Shown in pieces: positions 1 through 10,419 of a DNA stretch of 57,476 nt. The position numbers and the translations under genes were made by a program. Positions within the stretch are counted from its first letter, which is position 1. The number at the start of each line of letters is the position of its first letter. The notes below the pieces were generated by a model. The model was not told the origin of the DNA and did not search any database. It was given only the letters and a program-made list of their open reading frames with translations. The DNA comes from a virus (lineage: Duplodnaviria > Caudoviricetes), in the IMG/VR virus record IMGVR_UViG_3300024325_000004, positions 1-57,476 of that record. The stretch is one strand, 5' to 3'.

Positions 1-141
1 TGCTGTCGCCCCGGTATAAGAACCTGAAAAAGTTAAGGTTGCGTCAGTTGCCGTTAAGGCAGCAAGATTAGACCCTAAAGAAATACCACTAATCGTTGAG
101 TTAGCTAAATTCCCATTAGGAAGTAAGCCTGTTACATCAGC
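1..141. repeat. Terminal direct repeat, left copy (matches 57336-57476)
   Basis: Bases 1-126 are identical to 57336-57461; the last 15 nt differ at positions 127, 133 and 139. Confidence 0.95.
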
Positions 142-2184
142 GCCAGCCAAATTTACAGCACTGGAAGTAATAGCGCCTGCTGAACCAGAATGCAATATAC
201 CTGTACCATATGCGCCGAAAGTCAAAGCCTGCGCCTGATCGATCTTTATACCGTCAATCAACGTGCCAGATGCGTTAGCTGTTTGCAATTCCATTATTGC
301 AGGAACCTGGTTAGTTCCTATCGTGCCTGTCGAGGTAACCAACACCTTTGCCGCATCGATATAGTTTGTTCCATCATATCCGGCTGCTGTCCATGATCCT
401 AAAACATCCGCAGTCGTAATAACCGTAGGGGAAGCAGGTGTACCACGTGATTTACGCATCGTGATACGCGCTCCTACCGCATCCGCTGTATTCTGATCGG
501 ATAAAACACCTCTTGGGTTAGTTGATATCGTACTGATAGCGTGAATTGGGGCTAAAGGAGTTAATGAAGCACCCGCCGCAATAAAGTTTGTCCCTAAGTT
601 GACGTTTCCTGTGGCACCTGTATACGGTACGTACCCTGTTAGGGATGGTGCCCCTGTTAACTGGCTATAAGGCAACGAAAGGGCAGACAAAGTAGTTAAA
701 GTGGAATTGGAAGTCGCAGTTATATTGGAGGCCGTTCCGGTTGTGTTTTGGTTGAATGTCGGGAAGATGTTGCCGGCACCTGATAAATCCTTGTTGGTTA
801 ATGCGACTGAATTAGATAATGTTACAGGAAAAGTTATTGCCGTTGATGTGACAGCGGTCGTTAAGCCTTTAGCATTGACAGTAATAGCCGCTACATGCGT
901 AGCATCACCAAAAGAACCCACATTGCTGTTGACGGTTGCTAAAGTAGCTGCAACGCTTCCTGTACCTGATGCTGTTACATCGCCGGTTAAGGCTGTTATG
1001 CCGCTTGTATGTGCATTCACTGCACTATCAACCCTGCTCTTTACAGCCTTCCAAGTCGGAATCCATGTATCATAACGCTTGCCATTAACCGCGTAGGATG
1101 TGTCAGCGTATCTGTCGCCTACGGTGTCTACAATATCGGTATGTAATATACCTCTGTTAGTAACACCATAGATTATTGATTTTGAAAGTGTACCAGTTGA
1201 ATTTTGATATCCTGTTTTTAATTCAGCATCTGTTGATGAATTGGTTAGCTGAACAAAAACAGTTCCTAATCCTGATTTATGAGACGTTAATTGCAATACA
1301 TTATTAAATAATTGAAGTACAGACGTATTGCCGCTTGAATTTGAGCCTATAGTAAAGTTGGTTGTTATAGGAGATGATATAGCTACTGTTGATCCAATAA
1401 GAGTACCACTTGCTATCCTAAAATCACTCCCCGACAACCCCACGCCACCAGAAGCAGTATAAGTCGTCCCCGCATATTGCGGAATATTCAATACTCCCCC
1501 ACTATAGGTTGCAGGGCCGGACATACCTATTGTGGTGAGTGAAAAACTACCACCTGTAGGTGCTGGCCCAATCTCTATAAAACCATTTTTTAAATAAGCG
1601 ACGCTATCCCCTGAAGTATAAGCTCTTGCATTAGGAAACCTGACTTGATGAGGAAATACAGACGTATCAGTTAATGGTTCTACGTACCATAAATAATCAA
1701 CATTTGGTAAAGCAACTCCGTTCATCCGGCGTATACCAAATGCTTTATTTTGTCCTGCGGGGTTTGTACCCACTTCCCACCATTGATTATTCTTAGACGA
1801 CCTCATATGCACTACAGCCCGTCCGTCAATTGATTCAAATGCTTTAACTAGTAATCCTGGTTGTGCCTGATCTGAAATAACTGTTAGCGTTGGATTTAGT
1901 GTATCAGTAGAATTAATTACCCAGTGAATTTTAAGAAGTGTATCCCGCAAACCAAATTTACTGCTGGTTGTGCCTGCTCCCTCAAAATCAGTAACTTTGG
2001 CGATCAAATCTTTTCCTGAATATTTTTTAACCCAGGAAGTGTCAGGCAGTAATAAAGTGCCCTGTGGCGTTTTAGCACGTAATATACTATCCGACGGAAT
2101 TTTTCGCTGAAATTGCGGCGTAACCGGGGTTTGTGCAAAGCACCATACCGGTATGAACAGCAGGAATAATAAAAATTTTTTCAT
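1..2184 (-). CDS. Large tail-fibre-like protein with Sec signal peptide, 5' part (continues across the contig junction into 57335-56352)
   Basis: Not in the ORF track because it runs off the end. ATG at 2184 overlaps the upstream stop. Translates as MKKFLLFLLFIPVWCFAQTPV... then Thr/Gly/Ser-rich fibre sequence (ITALTGDVTASGTGSVAATL, TGYVPYTGATGNVNLG). In frame with the 56352-57470 ORF through the terminal repeat. Confidence 0.8.
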   Translation of the reverse strand, partial: MKKFLLFLLFIPVWCFAQTPVTPQFQRKIPSDSILRAKTPQGTLLLPDTSWVKKYSGKDLIAKVTDFEGAGTTSSKFGLRDTLLKIHWVINSTDTLNPTLTVISDQAQPGLLVKAFESIDGRAVVHMRSSKNNQWWEVGTNPAGQNKAFGIRRMNGVALPNVDYLWYVEPLTDTSVFPHQVRFPNARAYTSGDSVAYLKNGFIEIGPAPTGGSFSLTTIGMSGPATYSGGVLNIPQYAGTTYTASGGVGLSGSDFRIASGTLIGSTVAISSPITTNFTIGSNSSGNTSVLQLFNNVLQLTSHKSGLGTVFVQLTNSSTDAELKTGYQNSTGTLSKSIIYGVTNRGILHTDIVDTVGDRYADTSYAVNGKRYDTWIPTWKAVKSRVDSAVNAHTSGITALTGDVTASGTGSVAATLATVNSNVGSFGDATHVAAITVNAKGLTTAVTSTAITFPVTLSNSVALTNKDLSGAGNIFPTFNQNTTGTASNITATSNSTLTTLSALSLPYSQLTGAPSLTGYVPYTGATGNVNLGTNFIAAGASLTPLAPIHAISTISTNPRGVLSDQNTADAVGARITMRKSRGTPASPTVITTADVLGSWTAAGYDGTNYIDAAKVLVTSTGTIGTNQVPAIMELQTANASGTLIDGIKIDQAQALTFGAYGTGILHSGSAGAITSSAVNLAGADVTGLLPNGNLANSTISGISLGSNLAALTATDATLTFSGSYTGATA

Positions 2185-2639
2185 CCTTTTAAAATTACAT
2201 AAGTGTCTTCCTTAAAATTTCCGGATCCGTCGTCATGGCCATATATGTTCCAGCCTGTAAAAGTACCGCTACCGTCACCAACCGTATCCTGTTCTTCCAC
2301 TACCATATCGTTCCAGACCTGTAATCTACCTGTAGCTAGGCCTGTAATTGCATCATAAGAGGTTGCTTTGGTGATCACCTCGGAAGTTTCCGTAATTCCA
2401 CTATATAAAGTTATGTCAATAAAATAAGGAATAGGCGTACCCGCATTAATTACCGGGACAGATAAAGTAGGCACTCCCGCAGCAAAAGACATTCCGATTG
2501 CTTTTGTGATGAACTCGTTATCCGTCAGATCGGCCGCCGAAAACGTTTGCGAATAGCCCATTTTAGAATCAACTAAAATAGGATCGACCCCTGTGGATGC
2601 TTTAAGCCTGTCCAGAATTTTTATGATAAAACTGCTCAT
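2181..2639 (-). CDS. Hypothetical tail-region protein
   Basis: 152-aa ORF coupled by ATGA overlaps within the tail operon. Confidence 0.6.
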   Translation of the reverse strand: MSSFIIKILDRLKASTGVDPILVDSKMGYSQTFSAADLTDNEFITKAIGMSFAAGVPTLSVPVINAGTPIPYFIDITLYSGITETSEVITKATSYDAITGLATGRLQVWNDMVVEEQDTVGDGSGTFTGWNIYGHDDGSGNFKEDTYVILKG

Positions 2640-3697
2640 GGGTCGGTGATTGCTACAAAGTATAAAACAATTTTAGACTTGGGCCTGATATCGATTGCAT
2701 CAGGTGTTGCTTGCCCGTAAGCAGAAGTTGTTCCTATAGACGCGTTTCCATCGCCTGCCTGTTTCATATCATAATCCTGGTTACCGCTGGTATGATTAGA
2801 TGACCATGCGGCTACTTTATTACCTAACGTATCTGGTGCCAGCTGACCTATCGGCGCAGCGCCTGAAAATAATTTATGCCGGTGTTCGGGAATATTATTT
2901 TCAGCTATAGTAATCAGTCCTGAAGAATTTCCGAAAGTTGTCGCAGGCCTTAATGAATCGCCTACCTGCCAGCCTACAGGATAGAACCGGCCCATATCCT
3001 CCGTCCCGTTAGTTCCGGAGATCGCACAATTTGCATAAGGTGTTCCAGTCTTACCAAGACCTGTTGTAAAATCCCAGTTCGTATCGAGGTCAGTATCGTT
3101 AAGCGGTTCGAACATTCCTTTAAAGCATCTCGGGAAAACACCGCCGCTTGAACCACCTCCGCCACCTGTAGGCGGTGTGGCGGGCGATTCATCATACTGG
3201 AAATAAACAATAAAGATCGTATAACTTTTCCCGGCAAGACCACTTAGATATAAAGTAGTTGGTGTGCTGAATACTTTCGGACTGTTAATAGTAGATGTTC
3301 CGATCGGCACAGTAACTTCGTAAAGTTCGTTACCGCCTGATGACGTACCTAATTTAAGATCAATTACGCTTCCGCTTGAATTAATAACGATAACATCATA
3401 CAGACAGGATTTATCCCTGAAAACACTGGGGATAGTAATGTCCGTTGTCCCGGTGAAAGTTAATATTTTCTGGTTAAGAACATTACTGTAATAAGTAATG
3501 AAATAAGGGAGCTCAGAGAATTTCTTTGTACCATCCCCTATTTTAAAATTGACCAGGAAAGTACCAGTCGGGTCAAGCACAAACGCCTGTTCGCCCGCCA
3601 GTATAACGCCTAATTCATCCTCGACGGCCAGCCAGTCAGCTTCAGTAGCTACTTTCTGCATTACCCTGGCAAAAATAACTTCGTAAGGACCCGGCAT
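2636..3697 (-). CDS. Minor tail/baseplate protein with Mtd_N/hyaluronidase-type N-terminal anchor motif
   Basis: N-terminal LAGEQAF...FKIGDGTKKFSELPY motif; C-terminal collar-like ITIAENNIPEHRH...DIRPKS. Confidence 0.65.
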   Translation of the reverse strand: MPGPYEVIFARVMQKVATEADWLAVEDELGVILAGEQAFVLDPTGTFLVNFKIGDGTKKFSELPYFITYYSNVLNQKILTFTGTTDITIPSVFRDKSCLYDVIVINSSGSVIDLKLGTSSGGNELYEVTVPIGTSTINSPKVFSTPTTLYLSGLAGKSYTIFIVYFQYDESPATPPTGGGGGSSGGVFPRCFKGMFEPLNDTDLDTNWDFTTGLGKTGTPYANCAISGTNGTEDMGRFYPVGWQVGDSLRPATTFGNSSGLITIAENNIPEHRHKLFSGAAPIGQLAPDTLGNKVAAWSSNHTSGNQDYDMKQAGDGNASIGTTSAYGQATPDAIDIRPKSKIVLYFVAITDP

Positions 3698-5688
3698 TAG
3701 TTTGAGTTTAAATTATCATTTGAACTGTAGAAACTTTCTCTTAAGGTTATATTATCGTTACGGGCTTCCATCGCGATTATATTCACAATTCCTTTTTCTA
3801 CATAATACTTCGCATTTAAAGGTAGAAATTTTTTACCTAATAATGTGTCAACGGCATAAATTTCATCAAAGGACCAGTTTTGCCCGGAAACGAACATATC
3901 CGTATTAACGATCTGCGAAGGTTTATAGCGGAAACGCATCACGGCATGAGAGTTTACACCGGTAAGCGTACCGCTATAAATCAGCCCGTCATTAAATTTA
4001 CTTTCATCATCCGACCGGAAAGGGGAGGTCATAAAATTACTCAGCATATATCCGTTAAAACTGCTGCTGATATTCAGTTCGGCCGAGTCGGAAGAAGTGC
4101 ATGTGCTGGCGTCGTTAAATACTTCATATACGTCATTCCCGTTATCGATAGTAATGGACATATTATCCAGTGAATAGGTCTGCCCTGTTTTAACGCGGAA
4201 TACGATTTGCAGATCACATATATCCCCGGCCGAAGGTTCTGCTAAAGGCTGTGGCACTTTCACGCCCTGGAACTTATCAAAATTAACCCTTGCTATATCG
4301 CCCAATTTTAACCCATCTACTACAATGGGTATCCATGCTTCAACCGTACTCCATGTACCAAACTCATTCAGGAAATATTTTGATCCTCCCTGGTTAAGTA
4401 TCATTTTAAACTGTAAAGGCTGGCTGTCCCAAATAATCAGGTCAGAGCCGTCAACCGGCGCAAAGCCGGTACCCGGTGAAAAGGTAAATCCGAAATTAAT
4501 TACTTTGATCTGTGTATAAGCGTCAATCGGCAAGCCGTCATTTCCAAGCGTACCACCGACCTGTACCATCGTAAAATACTCGTCACCACTAACATTGGTC
4601 AACTGTGCACAATACCCGCTTCGGCCGTCAAGGGATGGCTTTGCATTCACCAGTAAAGTATCATAGCTTCCCCAGTATAAAAGGATATTCCCGGTTAAAA
4701 TCCCCGGTACGGTTAAATCTGATATACGGATATCGTAGTTGCCGTTGGGAATGATATTTTGCCGGATATTAGCAGTATAAGTAGTTTTGAAAGATTTTAA
4801 GCCTTGTACATTAGTCAGCACAGCATTTTCCATTACAAACCGGTAACCTGTTCGCCCGATCTGCCTGATCAGGTTTTGTGACCCGGACTGAACCACCATC
4901 ATTCCGAGATCGGCGCTAATCTCGTTATATAAAATAGCTGTTCCGGAGATAACATCGTTTACGCGCCGGATCACCCATTTGCCGTTATCCTGGTAAATAC
5001 GGCACTGCGTGGCTTGTAAAAATCCTTTCAGTATATACCCGCAGGTTTGTAAAGGCCCTTGTTGTTCACCATTTATACCTTGCTGATAGGTATAGAAACC
5101 TTCATTATAAGGTGACCATTGCACACTTCCGGTAAAAAAATCCCCACTAAAAGCTGTGCATTGAAGATGATTAGTCCAGCGGATAGGTAATTTTATCCCG
5201 AGGTTAGCATGCTGGAAAAGAATATTCCGTATATAGTTCATCGGGCAACGGCTTTGTGAGCCTGTCGTTCCTAAAAGATCGGTATGTACATATGGCATTG
5301 TATCGAGCAAAGTAAGCCCGCAGACAAAAGTGATCGATATATCATAGGGAACGGATTTCATCGGCCACTGGATATTTTCAGGCTGCAGAAAACCTGTCCA
5401 GAACAACTGTCCGTTACGGAACAGTTTGGCAAGAAAATCTTTATCCCCGGCGCCCATCAGTTCATCCCGGTCCATAAAGCCATCATTGTATACTTTCAAT
5501 ATGAGGCTGGACTTTTTTATCGGGTCGAAAGGATCGTCCGCTTTATCACCATCCCAGTCAATTTCAATAGCCTGTTCTGATACCCCGCGAATAGCAATAG
5601 CATCTCCTGTAAAGCCGTTTTTCTCAATGTCACATTGCCAGGCTATATTATCCGGAGATCGTAACTGGATGATGTATTTAACGCCCAT
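3697..5688 (-). CDS. Minor tail (hub/distal) protein
   Basis: 663 aa, directly downstream of the tape measure gene; beta-rich composition. Confidence 0.6.
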   Translation of the reverse strand: MGVKYIIQLRSPDNIAWQCDIEKNGFTGDAIAIRGVSEQAIEIDWDGDKADDPFDPIKKSSLILKVYNDGFMDRDELMGAGDKDFLAKLFRNGQLFWTGFLQPENIQWPMKSVPYDISITFVCGLTLLDTMPYVHTDLLGTTGSQSRCPMNYIRNILFQHANLGIKLPIRWTNHLQCTAFSGDFFTGSVQWSPYNEGFYTYQQGINGEQQGPLQTCGYILKGFLQATQCRIYQDNGKWVIRRVNDVISGTAILYNEISADLGMMVVQSGSQNLIRQIGRTGYRFVMENAVLTNVQGLKSFKTTYTANIRQNIIPNGNYDIRISDLTVPGILTGNILLYWGSYDTLLVNAKPSLDGRSGYCAQLTNVSGDEYFTMVQVGGTLGNDGLPIDAYTQIKVINFGFTFSPGTGFAPVDGSDLIIWDSQPLQFKMILNQGGSKYFLNEFGTWSTVEAWIPIVVDGLKLGDIARVNFDKFQGVKVPQPLAEPSAGDICDLQIVFRVKTGQTYSLDNMSITIDNGNDVYEVFNDASTCTSSDSAELNISSSFNGYMLSNFMTSPFRSDDESKFNDGLIYSGTLTGVNSHAVMRFRYKPSQIVNTDMFVSGQNWSFDEIYAVDTLLGKKFLPLNAKYYVEKGIVNIIAMEARNDNITLRESFYSSNDNLNSN

Positions 5689-8600
5689 TTGCTACACGGT
5701 CTAAAACAAACTGAATATTTTTACCACTTACTGTCGCTGTCAGCTGCCCGAAAGAGTTCAGGTCAACGCCTGTCACTATCCCCTGCTGCGTCATGCGCCC
5801 AATTATGGAGGTTGTATAAGCCAATGCATTTTGTCTTGCTATGAGTTCATTGGTTATTTTCTGCTGCTCTAATTGCTTCTGCTGCAATTCTTCCTGTTTT
5901 TTGGCTTTCGATGCGCTAAATAGCCCGCTGATACCACCAATGATCGCACCTCCAATCGCACCAATCACTGTTCCTTCCGGTCCGAAAGCAGAACCAATCA
6001 GAGCTCCTTCACCTGCACCTGATAAAATACCTCCTGCCGCTTGTCCTACTGAACTTGTAGGAGAAGATATACCTGAGATTACCCCACCGGCCAAACTAAG
6101 CGCAGACGCAGCCCTGGCTACAGATAATGACAAATTACTGCCACTGGTAGAGATAGCCTGACCTGCCTGGTTGCTACCGCTTACTATTTTATTCGCTGAC
6201 TTGGTCGCTGCCTCGGTAGTTGTATTAGCAAAATCTCCCGCTGATGAAGTAACCGTATCATTGAAGTCCGTAGCAGACGTACCGAAATTTCCTGTTAAGG
6301 ATCCGGTACCGGTATCCAGCGGAACTAATTCACCTTTTGCATTAACGCCCGTATTGCTTAACGGATTGAGACTTGCCCCTTTTACAGAATTGGCAAATTC
6401 AACTCCTGCCTGTTTTATCTCTACGGCAAGATTATCCCCTGCATTTCTAAGCGTATCGGCCACATTCTGCGCAGCTTTTTCTTCCGGGGAAATACTTAAT
6501 TGTTTAGCCGTCGGGGTAAGCAGCGTTTTACCTAAATTTTCGGTCAGCTGTTTTGTAAAGCTTTGCAGAATACTCTGATTAAAGCTGGCGCTGAACTTGC
6601 TTACCAGCGTACTGAAAACAGCACCAAAAGAAATAGTGGCTTCTTTCTCAATCCTTTTTAAATTATTGATCTGGTCAATAGTCGCCTGGTCGGAAGCACT
6701 GGCAAGCTGGTTGAAATATTTATCATCAATCGCCTGTCTTTGCTGCCCGAGATTAACCAGGCTGTCATAGAAATTGGTAATAAAACCATTTACGGCGGCT
6801 TGCATGGCGTCAGCAAAAGGTTTCGATATTTCTACCGATACCTGCTCTGCATTTGCGGCTTTCAATAAAACATTTACCTGCGCCTGTATCGTATTGATAT
6901 TATTGGTGGCAGACTGCGGGAGATTAGCTGCTTTTGCCAGGTCACGCAATTTATCGAAATACGCATTTGCCGAAGTAATCCGTTTCTGCCATTCCAGGTT
7001 GATCTTATCCGTACGCGCCGTCTCACCACTATCCAATGCCTCAAATGCCTGGTTAGCAATATCCGTGATCTTACCATAGGTCTGTTGTTCCTGCTGGATA
7101 TATTTTTCATCAACAGTCTCGATAGCAGGTAAAATATCCGCTTGTGCAGCCGCTATTTTAGCTGCTGCGTTCTGTGCCTGTTGTATCTGCGCTTCATAAA
7201 TTTTCTTAGCGTTTGATAAGGCCAAAGCATTTCCACCGGCATTCGCAACTGCGTTCTGATAATTTTCTTCGATCTGCTGGCGAGTTAATGCACTTTTCCT
7301 AGCTTCTTCGATGATATTATCGTATAGCCTTTTGATACGGGAAAGTTCCTCATTAAAGCCTGACTGCTGTTTTATACCAAACTGATCATTTATTTTCTGT
7401 ATAGCGTCTGCCGTAGCTTGCGCATCTTTTATCCGAGCCTGGTTGATGGCCTCATCTTCATTCTTAGGAATTGCAGCCTGTATACCCGGTAAAGGTTTTA
7501 ATAATTTTGTAGCCTCGGATGCACTTAATGCCCCGCGTAAAAAAGCTTTATTGACCTGAATACCAAAGTTCGTTACGCTATTGCTCAGATCCGTGAATTG
7601 TTTAACAATACCCGCTACTTCGGAAGCATATCCTGTTAAACCATTATTTCCCGCAAGAGAACTGCTTTTTTGAATGATCTCGTCCAGCTTTTGTTTAAGT
7701 GTCTCGAACTGGTCAATGATATCCGTGGTTTTATCCGGCTTTACAGTAACTAAGCCTGCCTTTGGCGCATTCTGATTGGCAATATCAATAAAAGACTGGG
7801 TTTTAGTCTTCGCCTCTGCTACAGCCGAATTATAACCTTTTATTTTATCAAGCAGATTATTGTATTGTACCTGCAACTGGTTTAATCCTGTTGCCGCAGC
7901 ACTTGCTCCGCCACCGCCGGGAGTAGTGAAAGATTGCGTAAATTCACTGCCTGCTTTCTTAAACGCTTCCCCCGCCGCGTCGATCTGATTTTTAAGATCA
8001 GTCAAAGGCTTTAATAAACTATTAGCCCCTGCCTGGTTGGAAATAGCTATTTCACGAAACTGCTGTGCCAATTTATTAGCGGCAGTAAAATTTCCTAGCG
8101 CCTCTAAAGACTCTTTAGCAGCATTGGCCGCGGCTGTGAACTTATCAGTCTTTGACGCGGCTTCATCAATATTAGCAAAAAATACAGGGTATAATTTCTG
8201 CAATTCTTCCAAAGCTGTCTTCCCATCAAAAAGGGCACCTGTATTATTTTTAACCGCAAATACCAATTCTTCCAGTTTAATAGTAGAAGCAGCATAAGTT
8301 TCGCCTGCGTGGGCTTCAACCTGCTGCGCCGGGGTAAGCGTAGTGATATAGTCGTCTAAAGCTTGTTTCTGTTCCCGTAAAGCTTTAATATGTGCAGTGG
8401 CATCTTTGGTAGCATTTTTCTGTGAGTTTTCATAAGCAATAAAAGCGGCACCTGCAGCGGCTATACCTAACACAATTAAACTGGTCGGTGTTAATAAAGA
8501 AGCAAACGCGGCGCCTAAAGCAGAAGTACTTAATGCAGACGCACCGGCGACTTCGCCTTCAACAGCGATAGCAGCAGTCGCACCTACGGTAGAAACTTTG

Positions 8601-9574
8601 GCAAACTGGGCGTTCTGTGCAAAGAACAAAAAGTCAACTGCAAGTAGTCCGATTGACCGGGCAAAAGTACCTACTGATGTAGAATCAAAAGTTCTTACCA
8701 GGTCACGGGATATTTGCCGGGCGCCAAATAAATTATTTGATAAAGATATCAGTTGCCCATTTATATTTTGCACAGAAACACCTTTTATAGCGTTTCCAAA
8801 ACTGTCAAACCCTTCTTTACCTATATTACGCAAACGTTGTATTTCAAATTCTGTCTGCTGTATCTCTGAGTTTAATTTTGGCAGATCACCTTCAACCAAA
8901 GTGTTTAACCGTGTTGTATTTAGATCGGCCAAAGCTTGTTTTAAACCTGCTATAATACCTACTTCAGACTCCAAAGCTCCTGAAGCACCTAATGCACTTT
9001 CTCCTAAAGTATTCAGGGTAGAACTTGACCTCAGTAACGCCTGGTTATATTCTTCTGTGGTTATAACCCCCTGCGCAAGTTGTTCATTTAAAGCAGCGAT
9101 TAATTGAGACTGTTCGCCAATTGAACCTGTTAAGTTTGGCCGCGCTAAGTTTTCAGCGGAAGGTAATGGAGAAGTATCATTTATAAATGATCCTGGAGGT
9201 TGTACATTTTTAACGTTTTTTAATGAATTAGTTAATTCATCAACATGCACTTTTAGCCGCTGAACATCTCCGTCCATCGGGTCAAATCCGTTGGCCAAAA
9301 GCGTATTTATCGCTGCCTGGTAAGCGTTTACTTCCTGTGTCTGTAGTTTGATGCTATCCCCGAAAAGCACAGCATTTCCTGTAATGACCGATAGCTTCTG
9401 ATCTAACTGATCCAAAGCCCCTACGCCCGCTTTAATTTGCGGGGAGATATCAGGAATGGTTATTTTGATTTGGCTGGACTGCGCACCAGCGTCACGGATG
9501 AGATTAGAAGCCTGCCCGATGGCACTTTCAAGACCTGATATATCGCCGGTTATTTCGTATACAAGCCTTGCCAT
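5678..9574 (-). CDS. Tape measure protein
   Basis: 1298 aa, Ala/Gln-rich helical with Gly-rich hydrophobic segments; follows the tail chaperones. Confidence 0.9.
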   Translation of the reverse strand: MARLVYEITGDISGLESAIGQASNLIRDAGAQSSQIKITIPDISPQIKAGVGALDQLDQKLSVITGNAVLFGDSIKLQTQEVNAYQAAINTLLANGFDPMDGDVQRLKVHVDELTNSLKNVKNVQPPGSFINDTSPLPSAENLARPNLTGSIGEQSQLIAALNEQLAQGVITTEEYNQALLRSSSTLNTLGESALGASGALESEVGIIAGLKQALADLNTTRLNTLVEGDLPKLNSEIQQTEFEIQRLRNIGKEGFDSFGNAIKGVSVQNINGQLISLSNNLFGARQISRDLVRTFDSTSVGTFARSIGLLAVDFLFFAQNAQFAKVSTVGATAAIAVEGEVAGASALSTSALGAAFASLLTPTSLIVLGIAAAGAAFIAYENSQKNATKDATAHIKALREQKQALDDYITTLTPAQQVEAHAGETYAASTIKLEELVFAVKNNTGALFDGKTALEELQKLYPVFFANIDEAASKTDKFTAAANAAKESLEALGNFTAANKLAQQFREIAISNQAGANSLLKPLTDLKNQIDAAGEAFKKAGSEFTQSFTTPGGGGASAAATGLNQLQVQYNNLLDKIKGYNSAVAEAKTKTQSFIDIANQNAPKAGLVTVKPDKTTDIIDQFETLKQKLDEIIQKSSSLAGNNGLTGYASEVAGIVKQFTDLSNSVTNFGIQVNKAFLRGALSASEATKLLKPLPGIQAAIPKNEDEAINQARIKDAQATADAIQKINDQFGIKQQSGFNEELSRIKRLYDNIIEEARKSALTRQQIEENYQNAVANAGGNALALSNAKKIYEAQIQQAQNAAAKIAAAQADILPAIETVDEKYIQQEQQTYGKITDIANQAFEALDSGETARTDKINLEWQKRITSANAYFDKLRDLAKAANLPQSATNNINTIQAQVNVLLKAANAEQVSVEISKPFADAMQAAVNGFITNFYDSLVNLGQQRQAIDDKYFNQLASASDQATIDQINNLKRIEKEATISFGAVFSTLVSKFSASFNQSILQSFTKQLTENLGKTLLTPTAKQLSISPEEKAAQNVADTLRNAGDNLAVEIKQAGVEFANSVKGASLNPLSNTGVNAKGELVPLDTGTGSLTGNFGTSATDFNDTVTSSAGDFANTTTEAATKSANKIVSGSNQAGQAISTSGSNLSLSVARAASALSLAGGVISGISSPTSSVGQAAGGILSGAGEGALIGSAFGPEGTVIGAIGGAIIGGISGLFSASKAKKQEELQQKQLEQQKITNELIARQNALAYTTSIIGRMTQQGIVTGVDLNSFGQLTATVSGKNIQFVLDRVANGR

Positions 9575-9834
9575 TATTCAAATTCTTTTAGTAAAGCCCA
9601 AGCTTGTTTACGGCTTGTTATTCTGTGTTTTATTTCCTCCCGGTCTAAGTCAAGCGGATAAATATCTTTCGGATGGTGAAACTCTTTTGCGCCCCATCCT
9701 GCATAATTCAATATAAAGGCCATAATATGCCTTGTCCTGTCCCAATCCCTTTCCTGCCTGCGTTTATAGCCTGTCAGCATCAAATTAAACTGGCCCAAAG
9801 TACAACGCTCTACTTCTGCCGGCTTAAGTCCCAT
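9574..9834 (-). CDS. Tail assembly chaperone, frameshifted (GT-like) portion
   Basis: The -1 frame downstream of the slippery site reads ASIAEILILAYE then MGLKP..., open to 9574. Confidence 0.75.
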   Translation of the reverse strand: MGLKPAEVERCTLGQFNLMLTGYKRRQERDWDRTRHIMAFILNYAGWGAKEFHHPKDIYPLDLDREEIKHRITSRKQAWALLKEFE

Positions 9835-9842
9835 CTCATACG

Positions 9843-10250
9843 CTAAGATGAGGATTTCCGCGATGCTGGCTTTTTTTTTGGAACTGGTTCCGATTTATTG
9901 GTTTCTTCCAGAACAATCCCCATCAGCTCAGCTACCGATTTACCGTATAAGTAAGATTTAAAAAAGTCCTGCACGATCGGGGTAGTAAAATCCGGACCTC
10001 GTTTATCTATCTCAACATTGATTTTTTGATAAGATATATTAGGTACAGGCTGATCATTAATTATAGCAAATGTATTAATGGCGCAGGAAATAAATTTTGA
10101 AAGAACGATCGTACCTTTTATCCCGGAGTCTTTTTGCATTAACAGTTCGATAGCAGGCGTCATATCCATATCTATCATTTCGCAAAAAGTATCGATTGTA
10201 TTCAATCCCCAGTAAATACCGTACTCTTTTCCGTCAATTTGTATCTCCAT
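9843..10250 (-). CDS. Tail assembly chaperone (G-like)
   Basis: Lies between tail tube and tape measure genes; ends PKKKPASRKSSS over an A-run. Confidence 0.75.
   Translation of the reverse strand: MEIQIDGKEYGIYWGLNTIDTFCEMIDMDMTPAIELLMQKDSGIKGTIVLSKFISCAINTFAIINDQPVPNISYQKINVEIDKRGPDFTTPIVQDFFKSYLYGKSVAELMGIVLEETNKSEPVPKKKPASRKSSS
9870..9879 (-). other. Programmed -1 frameshift slippery site (A AAA AAG)
   Basis: Minus strand reads CCA AAA AAA AAG CCA; a -1 slip joins it to the 9574-9834 frame, the canonical lambda G/GT arrangement. Confidence 0.8.
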
Positions 10251-10416
10251 TAGCTATAGCTTTTAAAATTTCTTCTTCCGTAGGTTGCGAGTTTTTTACC
10301 AAAGTAACTGTAAACCTGTCATAGCGGCAACCGCAACGTAACCAAACAATATAACTGCACACCCATCGGTTTCCAGGATAAGGTGTGCAGCGTTTGATCT
10401 CAATACCCGAAGGCAT
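10234..10416 (-). CDS. Small hypothetical protein
   Basis: 60-aa ORF filling the gap in the tail operon. Confidence 0.5.
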   Translation of the reverse strand: MPSGIEIKRCTPYPGNRWVCSYIVWLRCGCRYDRFTVTLVKNSQPTEEEILKAIANGDTN

Positions 10417-10419
10417 TTT

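Noticed and set aside
5841-9716. Numerous plus-strand ORFs opposite the tape measure gene, and similar shadow ORFs elsewhere (e.g. 701-1075, 14789-15268, 34842-35237)
   Set aside because: Antisense or alternate-frame shadows of well-supported genes, with no motifs of their own.
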